A stretch of 64,000 bases of DNA from Strigamia acuminata (Eukaryota): positions 5,952,001 through 6,016,000 of the forward strand of contig OX442314.1 in assembly GCA_949358305.1 (NCBI GenBank), read 5' to 3'. Shown piece after piece: positions 43,803 to 57,128 of this stretch. The notes under the pieces were generated by a model. It searched no databases and was not told where the DNA came from. It was given only the letters and a program-made list of their open reading frames with translations. The translations under genes and the position numbers were made by a program. Numbering within the stretch: position 1 is the stretch's first letter; each line of letters begins with the position of its first letter.

Positions 43803-46800
43803 TTAACCCAACTTGACTTGTTTTAAACAATTTATGAGTTGTACAAAATCGGTCACGTATTTTGTGTTCGGCTTGGGTCTACGTTTAGACTGTCGAACGG
43901 GAGATGGAAATCTTTTCCTCTTTTTAGACGGATTTTGAGGAGTTTCGTCCTCTTTAGAAGAAATCTGAGAAGTTTCCTCCTCTTTCTCTTCAACTAAATC
44001 CTCTGTTTCCATGGATACAGGCTCATTTATTAGTTCTGGAGAATTAATAACTTGATCCGCCATCCAATCTGGAGTCGGGTGTGACTCGTTGGTGCCGACT
44101 TTCTGATCTAATGTCCATTCCTCAATCGGGTAACTTGGGATATAAGGCATTAAATCCTGTATGTTGATCGCTTTTGCTTTCGTGTTATCAGAAAGCTTAC
44201 GTAGTGTGTAGGAACCTCCGCCGAGAACAGCCGTAATTTCCCAAGGTCCATCACGTTTCTCCGCGAATCCTGCCGAAATCCCTTTATCTTTATTCGATAA
44301 AATATGTGTGGCTTTCCACACGAGATCTCCTTTGGCAAATTGACAAATATAATATTTGTCCTTATGTAGTCGATCATGCTTCTCGTAATTCGATTGAATT
44401 TTTCGATGCATTTCGCTGTGGGCACGTCTAATTACGTCTAAAATACTATAGACATAAGCTTCGGGATTTTCTTTGTCGAATTTGATGGCGTGTTTAGTAA
44501 TACGCGGGTCAAATGGCAAAGGAACGATTCTTCCCGTATTAAGAATCATCGGAGAACAATTTGTTGCCTCGGACTTAGCGGTGCGCATCGCAAAGGCAAA
44601 AGAATTTAAATATTTTGGCCAGTGGGAGTGAATGTCCGAGTATAAAGCTAACATCATTTTTAAAGTCCTGTTTGCTCGCTCTGTAATATTAGCGGCAGCG
44701 TGATATGGGCTAATGTGAGCAATATCTACGTGATTTTTTCGACAAAAATCATTAAATATTGTCGACACGAATTGTTTGCCGTTGTCGGAGATTATCTTTT
44801 TTGGATATCCCCAACGGTGGAAAACTTCGCTCATCTTATTAACGATACATTCACTTGATGCCGTCGCTAGTGGGAAGACTTCAATCCATTTTGTACAATT
44901 ATCAATGATTACTAAAATCCATTTTAATTGTGAACGACCGGCTGGTTTTGGTCCCATCAGGTCAATGCTTATTGTCTCCCACGGGTTGGTCATGTTGTGG
45001 GGTGTATAGCTTGCCCGATGTTTTTGGTGTTGACTAGGTTTGTATTGCTGGCAATGAGTGCAACTGCGAACGTAGTTTCGAGTGTCTTTGCTCATTCTGG
45101 GCCAGAAATACATCTTCTTCGCTCTATCCAGGGTTTTGCTCATGCCGGCATGTCCCGTAAGTGGGTGGCCATGGCATGCGAATAATGCACGTCTCACAAG
45201 AGAGCGTGGGATTACTGCCTTAAACCCGTTGCCGGAGTCGTTTAACTCTTCCTCATCGGTCGGAGCAAAATAAATTAGCATAACACCTTTATTTTCTTCC
45301 GGTTCGTCGAGAGTGTAGCCACGAATCGCATTTAACCAATGTTTATCCGTGATACGATTTTTTAATTTTTCGTTTCCTTTTAGGTAAACAAGGATTTTAC
45401 TACATGCTGGATCTTTAAGCTGCGCTTCGATAATTTCATCTCGCGTCGGCGGAACTACTTTTAGGATATCTGTTAGCGCAGTGTGTACATTTTCGTGATT
45501 ACAATTGTGGACATCTATATGTCTGCAATTTTCTCTCGTACATCCTTCTTCCTCCCCCTTTTCTCCAGAATCATGAAATCTAACTGGATTATATGATTCT
45601 GAGAAAAAATCTAAACTAAGGCCAACATTTGTAAGAAAATGTTTGCGCTCAGTTTCCGTCACTTGTAAAGATGCACACCTGTTTCCATTCCAAGTTGGAT
45701 AGAAATGTGTGATTTCCTCTGGTTCGATATAATCATAATCCGGAGTGTCTAGTGCAGACAGTGGAGTGCGTGATAATGCGTCCGCTACTTGGTTCATTGC
45801 GCCACGTCTAAAAATAATTTTAAACGCGCCACATTGTATTTTTACGGCCCAACGACCAAACCTTCCGGATGGTTCCGGCGTACTCATCAACCAGCTAAGG
45901 GCCTTAGCATCGGACTCGAGAGTGAAGGTCGTGTATTCTATATACGGGCGAAATCTCTCGATTGCCCATACAACGGCCAAACACTCCAATTCCGGCGTAG
46001 AATACCTTACTTCGGCCCCGTGTAACACTCGACTGGCGTACGCGACTGCTTTCGGGACCATTATTAATTTCTGTTTCTTTTCACAGAATAATTCGACATC
46101 TTGGCAGAGTACTGCACCCAAGCCTGAATGAGAAGCATCTGTCAAAATGACAAAAGGTTTATTCATATCTGGCATGTGGAGAAGGGCTTGGTCCTTGTCA
46201 CACAAAATATCTTTGATAGTTTCGAATGCAGTTGTTTGTGGATCATCCCACACAAACTTTGCTTGATCATGCATAATATTGGTCAATGGACGAGCAATAT
46301 TGGCGATGTTAGGAATAAATTTTCGGAAAAAATTCGCCAGTCCTACAAATCTCTGAATGTCTTTAGAACAAGTCGGTTTGGGAAAATTCCTTACAGCCGA
46401 GACTTTGTCAGGGTCTGGAAGAAGAGATCCCTCGGAAATTAAATGGCCTAAAAATCGTAATGATGTTCGACCAAATTTTGACTTATCTTTATTGATAGTT
46501 AGATTTGCGGCATCTAACTTCTCAAGTACGTCTTTAATATGCGATAAATGATTTTCCCATGTGTCAGAAAAAATAATTATATCGTCTAAGTAGACCAGAG
46601 CATGTTTATATAAAGAGTCACCCAATACAGTAGTCATGAGGTGTTGAAAAGAGCTGGGTGCATTACAAAGACCAAATGGCAATCTTTTGAATTGAAATTT
46701 GCCTTTTGGGGTGTAAAAAGCAGTTTTACTCTTGTCCTCTTCCTCCATTTCCATCTGATAATAACCTTTAGTCAAATCAATGGACGTAAAGTACTTGGCC

Positions 46801-47400
46801 TGATTAGTATGATGAATTAATAGGTCAATACTTGGCATTTGAATTGCATCAACTTCTGTGATTGCATTCAACCAGCGGTAGTCGATACATAATCGATACT
46901 TCCCGCCGGGTTTAGCCACTATGACGGGGTGACTTATATAGGGGCCAGTGGCAGGTTCGATTAACCCATCGGCCTCCAATTCCTCGACCAATTCCGTCAT
47001 AATGGCCTTCTTGGCCGGATTGTACATTCTATATGGCTGGTGTTTCCAAGTAGCACCAGGTTTAAACTTGATGCTGTGCTTGGCAACCTTCGTGCAGCCC
47101 AATTGATCTCGAAATACGTTTTTTGCTTCCAAAAGAACGTTTACGAGTAACTGTTTTTCTTCCGCCGAGCTGTTGCAGCCTTCGACGAGTTTTTCTGCCC
47201 AGTCAGGTGAAGTGGGAGTTCCTTCACCTTGGAGACCTAAAGTCCTAATGTTTGCTAAGCAACAGTTAAGTTCAGTGGTCTCGTATGGTGCTGTCCATCC
47301 GGGCATGTCATCACAGGTGAACACAGCCCGTCGGGGATTAGGGTTTATCCCCGTTCTACGCATAAAATTGTGACCCAAAATTAACCCACATACATTCTTG
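43803..47400 (-). CDS. pol: Pol of D (RT-RH-IN intact; protease N-terminal part including DTG deleted)
   Basis: YLDD, TDAS, HGHPLTGH...CTHC, SDNG. Begins abruptly at KNVCGLILGHNF, compare KRVCGLILGHNF in B. Confidence 0.9.
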
Positions 47401-48894
47401 TGTACATAACGCCGTGAAACTTTCTTGAGTTAAATTGTCGAATAATTGTGCACGTCCAGTTTTATCACCTGGCGGCACTTCACCTTGTTCTTGCGTATAA
47501 CGCAGAAGAAAACTATAAAGTGATTCGTCGGCTCGTTGTTTTACATTAAGAAGTCGCCTTTCTCTTGTAAGTGGAACGAGGTCGAAACAATCGAGAAAAG
47601 AGGCTTCGAAAGTTCGCCAACTGTTAAAAGTATGGCGTTGCTTATGGAACCAACGTTGTGCATGGCCTAATAGTCGTCCAGGTACAGCAGTGTGTACCAT
47701 GTCGTCTAAAGGAATGCCTTTCCCGAGTGCGACAGCTTTGACGATTTCAAGGAATCGCGCAACCTCTGTCTGTTTCCCGTCAAAAATAGGAATCTCGATT
47801 CCTTTTCCAAAATTCTGACTGGGATTACTCGGGCTTCGGATTTGACCTACTAAACCCTGAATAATTTGTTTTACATTTTCGTCTGACAAATTAGAAGCAG
47901 CGTTCGAGTTGGGTGTAGACCGACTTTCTTGGTCTCGGGGTGGCGGATTTGGTTCTCCTCGAAAATTTTGCTGTCTATCAGGTGGCAGTGGAGAACGCGA
48001 ATTATTTCGTTGGTGGAAATTATTGTTATAATTTCCCCCTCCACCAGCGTGAGATTCGTCACTACTCGAGTTAGGATCGGAGTCACGAGGATCACCAGGA
48101 GCTCCGGGAAATCGTTGATTTCTCGGCGGAGCTCGTCCACCTTGAGAGCGGGAATTTCTATAATTCCTAAAATCTCCATCAGATTGGGCGTGAGATTGAA
48201 AATTTTGATAATTTTCATTTCTCCCCCTTGGTTGGACCGACAGATTAGTTCGAGGCTGTGGAACTCTGAAAGAATCATTCAAATTCCCAGTGGGAGCGGG
48301 TAAATTATTATTTACTGCCGTCGCACTTGGCAAATTTCGGGAAATTGGCGCAGAAATATTTCCTTGTCCGGAATTTCCCATTCTTTCGGCCGAATTCGAT
48401 CGCCAAGAACTAGCTGGTAACTGAATCGAAGGTTGAACAGATAGTGAAGAATTTAACTGCCCATTGTCGTCACGAGCAACATTCATTCGCCATCCAGGTA
48501 ATTGCTGGTAGCGATATGTGGCCGGTGAACGAGGGCCAGTTCGATCTACAGAAACACTTCGTTCGTTGGTTACAACTACATCGGGAGTAATTACACGATT
48601 TCTCTCGTGATGATTATTCGCCGTGTATTGTTGAGCTTCACACAAAGAGGAAAACTGCGTCACTTCCAATTGGTAATGGCGACAATAAACTTCTAAATCA
48701 TGCGGGACTGATAGTGGATCCGTTCGAGAACTACCCGGGTTGGAAACGTCTCTAGGAACATTTTCTTCCCCCTGGCTTTCTAAATCAGACTCCACAATTC
48801 CTCTTGGTGTTTCACACATACCACCACGTCGTCGTGCTCCACGATTTCCTCGTGTTCCACGAACTCTTACAGGTCTACGGGCCATAATACTCAA
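47356..48894 (-). pseudogene. gag: Gag of D, C-terminally truncated (no zinc knuckle)
   Basis: IPIFDG...AQRWFH...WRTFEASF capsid-like region. Homology to B Gag stops at CTQ (~47400), where pol sequence is joined out of frame. Confidence 0.85.
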
Positions 48895-49780
48895 AGAAAT
48901 ACACGTACAAAAAGAAAAAATAAAATTTAACTGAACTAGCGTAAATGTAACACGCTTAATATTAAACTAAGAAATAATTTGAAAAAATACAACCTTAGCT
49001 GCTGAAACTGAAGTGGCTTCGGGAAAGGACTGTCCTGTTGCGTGGTCAAGAATGGTCCAAACGGGCACTGGTCACAAAGGCACAACTGGATGGTCGCACT
49101 GTCGAGAAGCAAGTGTGGCTGAATATTGGTTGTCAAACTAGCTTCCGGAAAATCTCCTTTGTCAAGACAGTCTGCTGTGATTGGCGATGTTGAAAAATTC
49201 CTGATAATTTCTAACCCGAAATTCTCAACAATCCCACATCTGGATGACCTACTCCGAGCTGCATCGTGAGTGGCTCTCTTTGTCACATTCTTTGCCTTGT
49301 CAAGGATTAAGAATAATAATCCAGAACGTTGAACAGAACAATAGAAACTTGGTCAAGTTTTTTTAACCAGTAAAATAAAATATTTTAACTTTTTATTTTT
49401 CAGTCAGCAAACTAAAAAATATTTTTATTAATATATTTTTTCAGCAGAATTTCTAGTCAAATTCGTTTTTTGATTGAAATTCAAGGTTTCGAAATTTTCC
49501 AGAATATAGCCGAATATTCTGGGAAACTCAATAAAACCAAAATAGATTTTTTTGTAGGAAATTCGGAATTATAATGAGTTTTCAAAATAATCCAAAAATT
49601 GGAATTCAGATATTTCCAAAAGATAATGAGAATTTTTTGAAAACAAATGAATATTTCACAGTAAATTTATAGAGAAAAAATCGGAAATTTTCTAATTATA
49701 ATATCTACATAAAATAATCAAAAAATTCATTTTTCAATTTTACACTTGATCACAGAGTTCACTTCAATAAAATGCAACCT

Positions 49781-49798
49781 ATCTCGGTGGGACCTCCA
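49781..49798 (-). promoter_or_regulatory. PBS of D (tRNA-Gln), identical to that of A
   Basis: ATCTCGGTGGGACCTCCA on the + strand, followed by CG and then the LTR. Confidence 0.9.
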
Positions 49799-49800
49799 CG

Positions 49801-51390
49801 TGTGACGATTACCTTCTGGAGATAGCAATTGCTAAACTAAAGTGTGAACTATCTGTGTGAAAGTGTAAAATATGCAAACCTGATGTTTTCTCAAAACATA
49901 TAACATTTATTCCGGTTTGAACCTTATATAAATACTATGCCTACAAGTGGCTAAAATGACGATAAGTTAAACTATACAGTTATTTGGCAAAAGCCCTGAA
50001 ATAATATCATTTGAAGGCTTCAGTCATGCAATAAGAATTTGTAACGGTCTTATTGCTGTGACGTAAAAGATGTCATCTATGAATGGCTTTGGCTTCTAAA
50101 TGGTCCGGGGTTGGTTCTAAAAGGCGTGTAAATGGTTAGGCTGGGTGGGTTATATCCGAGAGGTGCGGTTGACTTTTCTGTATCGTCACACACATCGCAT
50201 CGCAGATAATTGTTGAAATCATTAATTACCGCAAGATGTAACAATGTGAGAATAAATAGTCATATTAATTCTATGGAATTAATCATGATATTTTAGAGTC
50301 ACAAACTTAACTTAAACTGTGAAAATAAGTAGAATATATTAAAATAGCGCCGAGCTATTTTTTGCCCCGAGTGCAATCAACATCTAAGTTAGACTTAAAT
50401 GTTCCGTCAAACCAATAACGAATTGAATCGAAATATCTCGCAGGAAAGGTTATCCATCGCCGGGAAATTACTCCACTCGGTTCTGGCTGGCGGGAGAGTA
50501 ACCGGGAAATTACTCCGCGTCGATTACTCTGATAATGCGTCTGTGAAATATAAATACTCCACTCTAGATTCTACATTACCAATGCGTCTGTGAATTTTAC
50601 TCCACTCTAGATTCTACATTCTACAACGGAATGTTGGCATGAAGCTGGAGGGAGTGCGTCTGTGGGTTGTACCCCACTCTAGATACTACACTTAAATGTG
50701 TCTGTGAATTACTCACTCTAGTTACGACATTTCTACAACGGAATGTTGGCATGAAGAGGCGGGAATGTGTGTCTGTGAGTCTTCTACCCACTCTAGATAC
50801 TTACACTAAATACAAAGTATTTCTACAACGGATTGTCGGAACGCAGAGAAGTATAATATGTGCTCAAGTAATATCAGTATCAAACAAAAACAGAACAAGA
50901 GCGAGCTATATCCGTTTTGCAGGGGGATATATACTCGGTGAGGAGAATAGCTGTTCAGTGATCCAATGGGATCACTGGGCAGTCAAATCCATCCAATCCT
51001 AGATCACAGGAAGTGGATACTCAGGACATAGTCTTCTACTAGGTCCACTACAGGAACTGGATACGCAGGACACACTTTGGATTAAGTCCCTTTGACTATA
51101 ATCCGAAAGGAGTCCAACTCACAGTGGGTGATGAAGGGTGACTTCACCAGGTGTAAAGTTTGCACATAATTCAATAGAATTATGTGACAAATAAATCAAC
51201 TAGTTTTTAAACATCCAAAAGTATTTAAAAGTGTCTAAAGTTGCAGTGGAATAAAATATAAATAGTAATTTATATTTTATTCACTCAAAAATTGTCGAAA
51301 TTTGAATTTACCGCTAAAACGCATCAGCGCCATCTATTGGTGAAATAATCGTCCTATACTAACAAAGTGTATGACAGTGTAACCGTCACA
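49801..51390 (-). repeat. 5' LTR of D
   Basis: TGTGACGAT...CCGTCACA. Direct repeat of 40461-43615. Confidence 0.96.
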
Positions 51391-51394
51391 AGTC

Positions 51395-51667
51395 AAATAT
51401 AGGGCCCCTCGTAAGTTGCGAGGTTTCACAATTCCGAATATGGGTCCTTTCCATGTATGGTTATCCAATGAGGGTCCCATTCATGTATGGTTTTCCAGAG
51501 ATGATCTAAAGCGAAAGTTTGGGTCGTCACGGTCATTTACACTGCCAAGTGAGTACACTACATGTAACTGTCCAAAGCATCGAAAGAGATCATTAAGGCA
51601 GACTGAGAGATCTCGGAAATTAGCTCTTAAGCGCGCTCAATATTTTACAAGGAATCATGTTGACTAA
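51395..51667 (+). pseudogene. 3' part of the ORF of element A
   Basis: Removing D and one TSD joins ...PRLRV (40460) in frame to KYRAPRKLRGFTIPNMGPFHVW...NHVD*. Confidence 0.7.
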
Positions 51668-52254
51668 ACATGATAAGACACACAAAGATTTCCCGATTAT
51701 AGTGTAAAAAGAAAAATCCTTTTCTATGAATCATGATCTCTTTTCTAGAGAAAAGGGGGACAAAATATAAAGTTAAAATTAACAAATCTCGAAAAGTAAT
51801 GCTACATTATTAAAAGACAACTAGTTTAATTAAATTAGTCAATTGTACAAAGAATACCAAGTGACTCCGGTCATGACAATTAAAGGGGACAATTATGATT
51901 TCTAATTGTCAAAACTTATCATCTAGAACTATTATTTATAGCGATACATCTGACTAGGCATATGAAATAAATATTTTTGTGATAACACAAATGATGATGT
52001 TATGTATGACGAAGGTTTCTTCAAAAGAAAACTTAGAAATAAATTCTCAACTTGAATTTGTGCTATTGGAAAAGATTATTTCGGCAGAAATCCAGAACTT
52101 AGATAATTTAAAGTTAGTTTATGTAAACTCAAATTCGAAATTGGAAGTCACAGTATCTCCAAGATACATCAGGTCCGAAAATAGCATTTATGCTAATTAG
52201 GAGAATAACGAAAATTCTATAAAATTTTATATAATTGTGTTATTAAGGGGGATG

Positions 52255-55200
52255 TGTGACGGTTTACAATGGCTATAAATGCCTATTTTCTTAGAAAGAA
52301 GCGCTGTTGCGCCATTATCATGATATCTCGAAGATATTCTGTGTAAAACTGGTATAATTCCTAAATAAAGATATTTGGGATGTTTCAAATACAAAGATGT
52401 TCGTTTATTATTAATGAACACTCATTTCTACATGATATAAATATATCACGGCCGAATTACGAAGAGTCGTCTGCTAAAACCCGCATTTGTCAATGCTCCA
52501 TATTGCCACTAGATGGCGCGATCGCAATTAGCGGTAAATTCGAATACGAACTTGAAAACCTCATGATTAAATATAAACGTATATTTAATCAAGTGAATAA
52601 ATTGTGTTAAATATTAATATAAATATATATTAAATATCTGACATTGTTAAATACAATGTAACTTCCATTTCTGCGGGACAGAATGTTTAGCGATCAATCA
52701 GTCAACCGATCAATCTGATTGGTGGAACCCATTTCCGGTCCTGGGTATCCAGTTCCGGTTGTAACAAGGATTAGCATAATTTGCATAAATGCTCCTCCGT
52801 ATCCACTTCCGGTGATACGGGATTGGAGGAATTCATGGAACCAATGTTCCAATTGGATAGTTGGATTAATCCTTAATCCAGTCAGGTTATATAAACCCAA
52901 ACAACCAGCCATTCCGCAGCTCTGTTTGATTATTTCTGTTTGGTATTGTTACTTATGAAATATGATTCGTTGTTCACGTAAAAAACCTTTTGGTTCTTTG
53001 TTGATTTATTCGCAAAGAACCGTTGCATGATTCTACAGAATCATGCCACCGCCGGCAATTGAAGTCGAAGTGCTGGGATTATTATGTTGCATAAATGTTA
53101 CAGTCTACGGTTGCGACGCCGAAGGAGAACCCGCCGTTGTGCAATTCAGTATCCTCCGGACAGGACCAAGTTGTCTTTTTCGGTATGAACGTATTCCGTT
53201 ACCACGAGTAGCATCGGTATTGTTGAGAATTGGTTCCTTCACCTGATGGTGCCAAAGCAGTCTGTTTTACAGTAACCACGAGTAGCACCAAGTGTTTGGC
53301 AAGCTGATTCTCATGGTATTCGATGCCAAAGCAGTCGGTCTATTATTAGTACCGCGAGAGATTAAACTGCTGTGCGGAGCCGCGAGCTATCGACCCCTGT
53401 GTACGTGGTACCGTCAACCACTCGATGGACGACCGTGCTGCGACGCCGGGGACGCTTGATACCGTTCTGCATGGCAAGGCGTATATTCTAATCGATGGCA
53501 ATTGTGTGTTACGACGGGAAGATTAATCTTTATCTTTATTTATAACAGTGAAATCTAACTTGGGAACAAGTTAGTCAAAATCAAGTCAAGTAACTCGAAT
53601 TACTTATATATTGTATTCAATATAATTATTAAGTTTGTGACGATGACCTTTCGATGACGCTATCCGCTCAAAATGTGTATTTTGGCATAACAAGCAAGTC
53701 TATCAATTCTAGTAGTTGAGAGATAAGTTAACAAACCTAAAGTGTGAACTGGGTAAAATAATGAAACCGGTGGTTATCAAGACATAACATGTTTATTGAT
53801 ATATAAATATAATCACCGAGAAGTGATTATATTAATCAATTTGCATAAAATACAATTATACATTGACTATGCCGACAATTGGCCGTATAAATTGGTCGAT
53901 TAACTATACATACATTCGCCTAAACGGCGCTATGATAATATCAAGTCGGCTTCATCGGGTCAGTAAGATGTCATCTGAATCGGATGATTATTTGGTCCTA
54001 GTTGTACATCGGGGTCTGGTTCGAATCTGTAATGAAAAGGTTAGTATCCGAGGACGTCCGGTTGACGGTATCTGCATCGCCACAAACTTGGGGCGGTTAT
54101 TGGTTTAAATGGCTTGTGAGAGCCACTTACCAATTAACCTCTTATAAATGTTTTAAGACATTCATAATTGGTGTGATACGTCAAACTGGTTCTTCATACG
54201 AGAGTAAACTGTTGCGAGTTTACAATCATAACTTCTGGTTCCGTGTAATGGATGTATTTATTAGAGTATTACTTTTCAGTAAATACTCGTAATAATTCTG
54301 CTTACATAAAGTTGGCAATTTAGCTACACATCTACTGGCAAGTAAATGCTAATGTAGCTAGTCTTCAGTTTTGTACAGTTCTGGAAGAAGTATCCATGTT
54401 TATGCACAATGTTAAGTGTGACATAAACCAGTTGGGGATTTAATCTAACTAAACTTTTCCGAGTTTAGTTATTTCAACCCTAATGTTACATTTTCGACAC
54501 GCTGTTCGGCAGCCGTGGTTTACTGTAACTGGCAGGCCTTGTGGAACACTTGTTGAATTATATCCGGCCCGACGGGATTCTTACTACTCATCGCCGCGAC
54601 CTGATCTCCTCACGGCCACACAGCCGTCATCGGGCACCCGGACATGGAGGCATCATATCACCCATCTCCACGTCAAGTGTACGCCGTATGTAGGTTGTCA
54701 TAGGCCCGCAGTATAAGGGGCATTGACTGCGCAATCAACAGACAAGCAAGTGTCTGCGCAATCAACATGACAACCGGAGTAGTAGAAAGGGCTCAAGAAA
54801 ACATATAGTCAAAATATCTGGTCAAGAGCGAGTTACTTCCTGTTGCGAGGAAGTATATACTCGGGGAAAACAATAGCTTGGCCATTGCTCCAATGAGAGC
54901 AATGGTCCTGCAAATCCCCCCAATCACTGGTCCAGGTGATGGGATACTCAGGACACATTTTCAGTTCAGGTGGTCAGCTAGACAGACCATAGCTCTCTGC
55001 TAGGTCGGGACAGGAACTGGATAGCGAGGAACACTTTTGGATTAAGTCTTTCAACTTGATCCGCGGGGGTCCACGCTTGGAGCAAGTGCGAGGGGGAGAT
55101 TTAATCTCCTAAACCTAGTTTTGAGGTAACTTTGCAGAGTTATCACAAAACAACATAATATCTATATTTATTGCCATAAATATAAGATAAAGTCGATTCT

Positions 55201-55884
55201 CTGCCTTAAAATCACATAAAAGTTGCATTTTATGTGGTTTTACATCAAGTGACAAATTCTATTCGAATTTGCCGCTTTTGGTCGTCAGCGCCATCTATTG
55301 GCGTAATTTGTCGCTATATCGATGAGCGACTGCATGATCGTCATAAGTTGGCGACAACTTAGTTACAAGAACATCCAAATAGGAAAACACAACGATACGA
55401 ATTAAATATAATTCGTAGAGCGGAATATTGATAACTAAATGAATACATTTAGTTACACCAATATCCTCCCAAAGTTGTGGCGGTGCACATGAGTCAACCG
55501 CATCTCTCAGATCATTCGATTCATCGACGTGCGATGATATTACACAGCGAACCAAGGAACCAGCGAAGCCGTATCGGACTCCAGGACACAGCCATCTAGC
55601 TTAGATGACATCTATAACCAGGTCGAGCGATGGGAAAACCGCTCCCATCCCATGGACACGTAATGATATTATTATAAAGCCATTTGGCTAACTTGTTGTA
55701 TAGTTTAAATGATTATTTAACGGGTCAAATGTCGGCGTTAGTCCTATGTATAAATTAGCTTTGATATTATTGTTTGCCAACAATAAACTGTCTTGTATTT
55801 ATCTCGTATTATATTCACTGTTATTCTATTGCGATCTATTCCCGGTACCATTGTTAAATGGGAGTTGTGGTCGTCACCGTCACA
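52255..55884 (+). repeat. 3' LTR of A, interrupted by solo LTR E
   Basis: Matches 4132-6047 with ~6 substitutions seen. Preceded by the PPT. Confidence 0.95.
53636..55345 (-). mobile_element. Solo LTR E (1710 bp) of a family related to D
   Basis: TGTGACGAT...ATCGTCATA termini. TSD AGTT at 53632-53635 and 55346-55349. Shares GGATACTCAGGACA, CAGGAACTGGATA, TTTGGATTAAGTC and CAGCGCCATCTATTGG with the D LTR in the same orientation. Confidence 0.88.
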
Positions 55885-56054
55885 ACCAGAATAGCAACGC
55901 TGAAAAGAGCGTCGCTCGTGGATTCCCCATCATAATAGCGACGCTGGAAATAGCGATGCAACATAAGAGTGACGACACGAAACAGTGACATTGCTCTTGT
56001 ATTACATCGCTCATTCGTGCGTCGCTCTTAAATCCACACTTTCCCCAAGCCATT

Positions 56055-56290
56055 TTACTATTGGGATGGTTTCTTGTATGGATATCGGTCCAGTACATTA
56101 AATTGAGGGTATCATGGACCAATATACTTGTAAAAAAGTATTGGAGCACTGTTATGCTTCCATTTGCAGATGATAAACTGCCTTTGACATTGATATTTCA
56201 GCAGAAAAATGATTCTAAGCATAAAGTCACGGCAATTGCCCAGTGTTTCACAATGGCATTGCTTGTGGTTTGGATGTTTTAATGAAGTGT
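56055..56290 (+). pseudogene. Decayed Tc1-like transposase fragment
   Basis: VMLPFADDKLPLTLIFQQKNDSKH resembles the Tc1 FQQDNDPKH motif. An upstream frame reads EGIMDQY. Confidence 0.6.
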
Positions 56291-56519
56291 ATGAGTGACT
56301 ACACATGTGTTTATGGATAAATTTTAATATTTGCCGCATATTTTACAATGGGAATGGCTAATTGTTTGTGAGTAATGGGTATGTTAACTTAGTTTTTACC
56401 TCTAATTTTTTATGTAACTTCACAAAAGAATTTTTTTCTCAGAAACTGATGGATAGATGGTCAATAATTGGCCAAAACCAGATGTCATTTTTTTAGCGAT
56501 AGATTGCCTCGTCAAAGCG

Positions 56520-56660
56520 ATGTTTGGACGCATTTGTGCGATTGAATGTGGCCGAACATCGCCCGCATTTGTGCAATCGAATGCGGCCGAACATCGCCCG
56601 CATTTGTGCAATCGAATGCGGCCGAATATCGCCCGCATTTGTGCAATCGAATGCCGGAAT
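56520..56660. repeat. 35-bp palindromic tandem repeat, ~4 copies, related to the array at 22195-22394
   Basis: GCCCGCATTTGTGCAATCGAATGCGGCCGAACATC, period 35 (56561, 56596, 56631). Confidence 0.9.
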
Positions 56661-57128
56661 TGTCAACAATAAGTTGCTGTAGTTGTCCAAACGATATGAT
56701 AGATGGGCCATCAAATTCAGCATGAACAGATACCAAAAAATTTGTGATTTGTTTGGTTGTTGGTTCTGGCAATCCGGCATCTCAAAGTTTACTTAAAATC
56801 ATCCTTGGTTTGGTCACATCATTGTTGTACAATTCACGTATTTTTTTCTTAATGTCGGCCGAAATGTCTCATTTTAGTCGTTGTTCGTGAGTATGTGTGT
56901 CTGACGGGAGAGAAGGATGTGATGTTAAGGCCCCAATGCCAGCAGAGGCAAACTTGCCTGCTGCTGACTCTGCTCCTCTTACCATTCACCATTGTCACGT
57001 CGTCTAGAGTAACCGACCACATCACTCATGGGATTGCGACCCTGTGTGTGCCGGTTGCTGTTGCAGTGTGTCTAATAGCACTGTCACACAAAGGAGAAGG
57101 GAGACTCCAACCCCCAGACAACAAATTT

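Larger units (their letters stand above)
40461..51390 (-). mobile_element. Element D: related Ty3/Gypsy family, internally deleted, no ORF3, nested in the ORF of A
   Basis: 1590-bp LTRs with ~3 differences seen. TSD AGTC at 40457-40460 and 51391-51394. PBS at 49781-49798. PPT AAGGGGGACT at ~43616-43625. Confidence 0.95.
4132..55884 (+). mobile_element. Element A: outer non-autonomous Ty3/Gypsy-type LTR retroelement (LARD-like) hosting nested insertions
   Basis: Two 1916-bp TG...CA LTRs. TSD ACCA at 4128-4131 and 55885-55888. tRNA-Gln PBS at 6050 and PPT AAGGGGGATG before 52255. No RT/IN coding remains in the reconstructed interior (6048-7336, 21382-23802, 38189-40460, 51395-52254). Confidence 0.92.
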
